Shown: piece after piece, positions 61,326 through 64,000 of the stretch | Position numbering within the stretch: position 1 is the stretch's first letter | Layout of the letters: every line of letters begins with the position of its first letter | Assembly (NCBI GenBank): GCA_016748015.1 | Contig: JAAOMT010000420.1 | Span: 226,602 to 290,601 of the forward strand | DNA from: Geosiphon pyriformis uo1 | Lineage: Eukaryota > Fungi > Glomeromycota | Direction: 5' to 3' | DNA length: 64,000 nt | Notes under the pieces: generated by a model | Database searches by the model: none | Told to the model about the DNA's origin: nothing | The model's input: only the letters and a program-made list of their open reading frames with translations | Translations under genes and position numbers: made by a program

Positions 61326-64000
61326 GAACAGAACAAAGATCGGGAAGGCAGAATTGATAACAAATCATTATTCGTAGACTCTTTTTCATGCAAAAGAGAT
61401 TCGCGATTAAAAATTACGTTGCAAAAACAAGATTTGCCAAATAGCTTGTTCCAGTACTGCTGATCTAATATTTCTTGACGATGAAATAAAATTTACAACC
61501 CATCCTTATTTTCTAAAATTGCAAGGCTACAAGAGTCAAATTGATATGTAAATTTGCATTGAAAGCAATTTACAAACTTATTTTTAAATTCTTTATTTCA
61601 TTTTTTTTTTAATGAGTGTAGCCCTCCCACTGTCTACGCATATAGAGTCTATCATAAACGTGAGTCGCACATTTTTTCACAAGTGACTATGTTTAATAAA
61701 TTAATTTGATATATTAAAAATTATTATTTTAAATACCAATTTATCTTATTTTAATAATATTCAATTAAATATATTTTTAAAATTATTATTTAATTTCATT
61801 AAAAAATAATTTTATTTATTTATTTTATATTAATTAATTTCCAAAAAACTTTTTTAATTTTATACATTTTTATAAATACAATTAATTTTATAAGCTTTTT
61901 TTTCTTGTTGATTTTTTGACCACCCAAAGTTAATAAGCTATATATCATATTTTTTGTTTTACATATGGGACAGACTGCAACAAAACCAGACAAAGTAAAA
62001 CTGCTGACCACCACAGATTTATCTGGTCTCTGTTCTTCTTTTAAGGGCACATTTAGTTTGTTAATATTATTATTATTATTAATTTTGGCACTTTATTAAA
62101 AGCGAGACAACAATTACTATTAAATTGTTTTGAACTTGACTAATTCGAAACGTGACTTTTGTTTTCAATTTGTACACAACTCATTATTTGATTTGACAAA
62201 TGTTTCAAGTCCATAGTGAATGTTCATAATTCTGATTGGCATTTAATAAACTGGAAGATTGGTTATAAAACCAGCTAAAAAAAACAAACTACAATCAATC
62301 GAATTACAATTGCATTATAAAAAGCATTAATTTATTCTACAAAAATCAAATAACAAAATGCTCACATTCATTATTGAAATCTTCTGCTACTTTTGATCAT
62401 GTTTATCGCTGGTACTTCGCTATATTATAAACTCACACATTATAATTTAAACACTTTTCTAAGTGATAAAATCAAGAACAACTGAATCAAAATACCAGCT
62501 GTTCATTGAGCAAAAATACTTATAAAGTATAATATGTTTATGGATAAAACTTCTGAGTTGAACTAAGTCTTATTCAACAAAGTGGTTACAAAATTTTATA
62601 AACTATGTGAAAGAAAAAGCATTATTGCCTTCATTCTAAAAGGCCAATTTTCGAGAAAAAATAGTCGAACTCTAAATAAAAAATAAAACTCGCAAATTGT
62701 TTCAACTTAATAAAAATGTGGTCTTTTAGTTAATCCATACACATATAGAAAATAAAATAACATGACATTATCTCTTTGAGTTTATTGCGATTGGTCAGAA
62801 CATTAAAATTGCTATTATAGTAACTTTTAAATCATCCAATTTTATTAGATTCACTATGAAACCTAAAAATTACAGTATAATTAAAAGTATTTTAAAGAAA
62901 GAACAGAGTAAAAAAAATCTCATTATAAATTTTTAAAAATAAATAATATTCAAACACTTAAAACTTATTTCAGAAAAAAAATTACTTATGAAATTTATCA
63001 AGAAAAAAAAAATTATAATTAACAAAAGAAATTTAATTTCAAGTTATAAAAAACCAAGAAAAAACTAAAAACTAAAAGAAAATTAAACTTTTTTAATTAT
63101 TTGTGTAATTAATGTTATACAAAAAAACAATTTTACTTAATTTTATTAAAAATCTTTTGTTATTATTTTTTTTAAAATATAAGATACATAATTATTTAGA
63201 TTAATTAATAATAATTGTTTTTTTTTAATAATTATTTGGTTAAGTTTAAACTAAGATAAAGATAATTATTATTGCTTTTTAAATAATTAAAAACTTTTTG
63301 TAATTTAGCTTTATTATTATTATTATTATTAACTTTTATGTATATATAAATTATAAATTATGTAAATTAAAAAATACAAATTTTTAAACAATTTTTAAAG
63401 TTTATAACAAAAACTAATTTTACTTTAAAAATTAAAAACTAATTTTTAATTAATATTTATAACAAATAATTAATTAATAATTTATGATACAAAACTTATA
63501 AACCTTGTTTATTAATTTTTAATAAACTAAATAAATATAATATCTAATGATTAACAATAATCGAACTGTTAAATTATTTAATCATATTATTTTCCAGTTA
63601 ATTATTCTTTAGTTAATCATTTTTAATAACTTTTAATAACATTAGAAAAATCAGTAAGTTAAAATATAAAATTCTTCATTTTTTATATGATGTAAACGAT
63701 GATGACGACACATCTAATATTTAGGTGCTCTATGAGAGAAATGAATCGTCGAATTCTTCATCTATTTCAAACCATTTTAAAGTTAAATATCAATAAAAAT
63801 AATTAACATCATTATTAAAACAAATTTAAAGTGCTTACCGATTTTGTCAAATTTATTAGAGCTTGAGAAGTCAAATAGATAACTTGAGCTATTGGGATAT
63901 TCCAGATCTGAAAAAAAGACGTTTAAATCAAAAAAGTTATTTACCTAGTAAAAAAAATACCAAATAAAAGGCTTACCATATATAGGGTTTGACATTAATT

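Noticed and set aside
61820-64000. Possible genes or TE fragments after SAS10
   Set aside because: Only short AT-rich ORFs; 61920-62050 may be a LINE 3' scrap but is too degraded to support.

Overview
Eukaryotic, AT-rich, intron-rich fungal DNA. Gene content and repeat style suggest Mucoromycota, probably Glomeromycotina; this is an inference. The window has two compartments. (1) 1-~40.9 kb is a nested retroelement cluster. It holds three decayed copies of one ~9.9 kb Ty3/Gypsy family (E1 <1-9420 minus, E2 11867-21736 plus, E3 22999-32856 plus), a solo LTR of that family, a solo LTR of a second family and a composite LTR-like insert. All of these sit inside two non-LTR (LINE) retrotransposons, with 4-bp target duplications where both flanks are visible. 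(2) ~41-61.3 kb is a dense island of 11 host genes: ATP10, Cwf23/DNAJC17-like, phenylalanine hydroxylase, ABHD11-like, cytochrome b5-like heme/steroid-binding, stand-alone Yvh1-type zinc domain, RAD51B, F-box/LRR, a hypothetical, BUB2/cdc16 and SAS10/UTP3, plus a deleted PIF/Harbinger element. Comparing the three Gypsy copies reveals an unusual complex-retrovirus-like design. It has a probable GUG-initiated ~230-245 aa extension of Gag over an AUG-depleted leader, and a single Gag-PR-(Cys-rich domain)-dUTPase-RT-RNaseH frame. Integrase is a separate ORF behind a conserved stop, and an extra 239-aa ORF runs through the PPT into the 3' LTR. The LTR carries a 20-bp-phased palindromic CpG motif array in U3 and a tandemly duplicated, covarying two-hairpin RNA motif in U5. 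Repeats show an extreme C>T/G>A transition bias. All coordinates and counts were read by eye.
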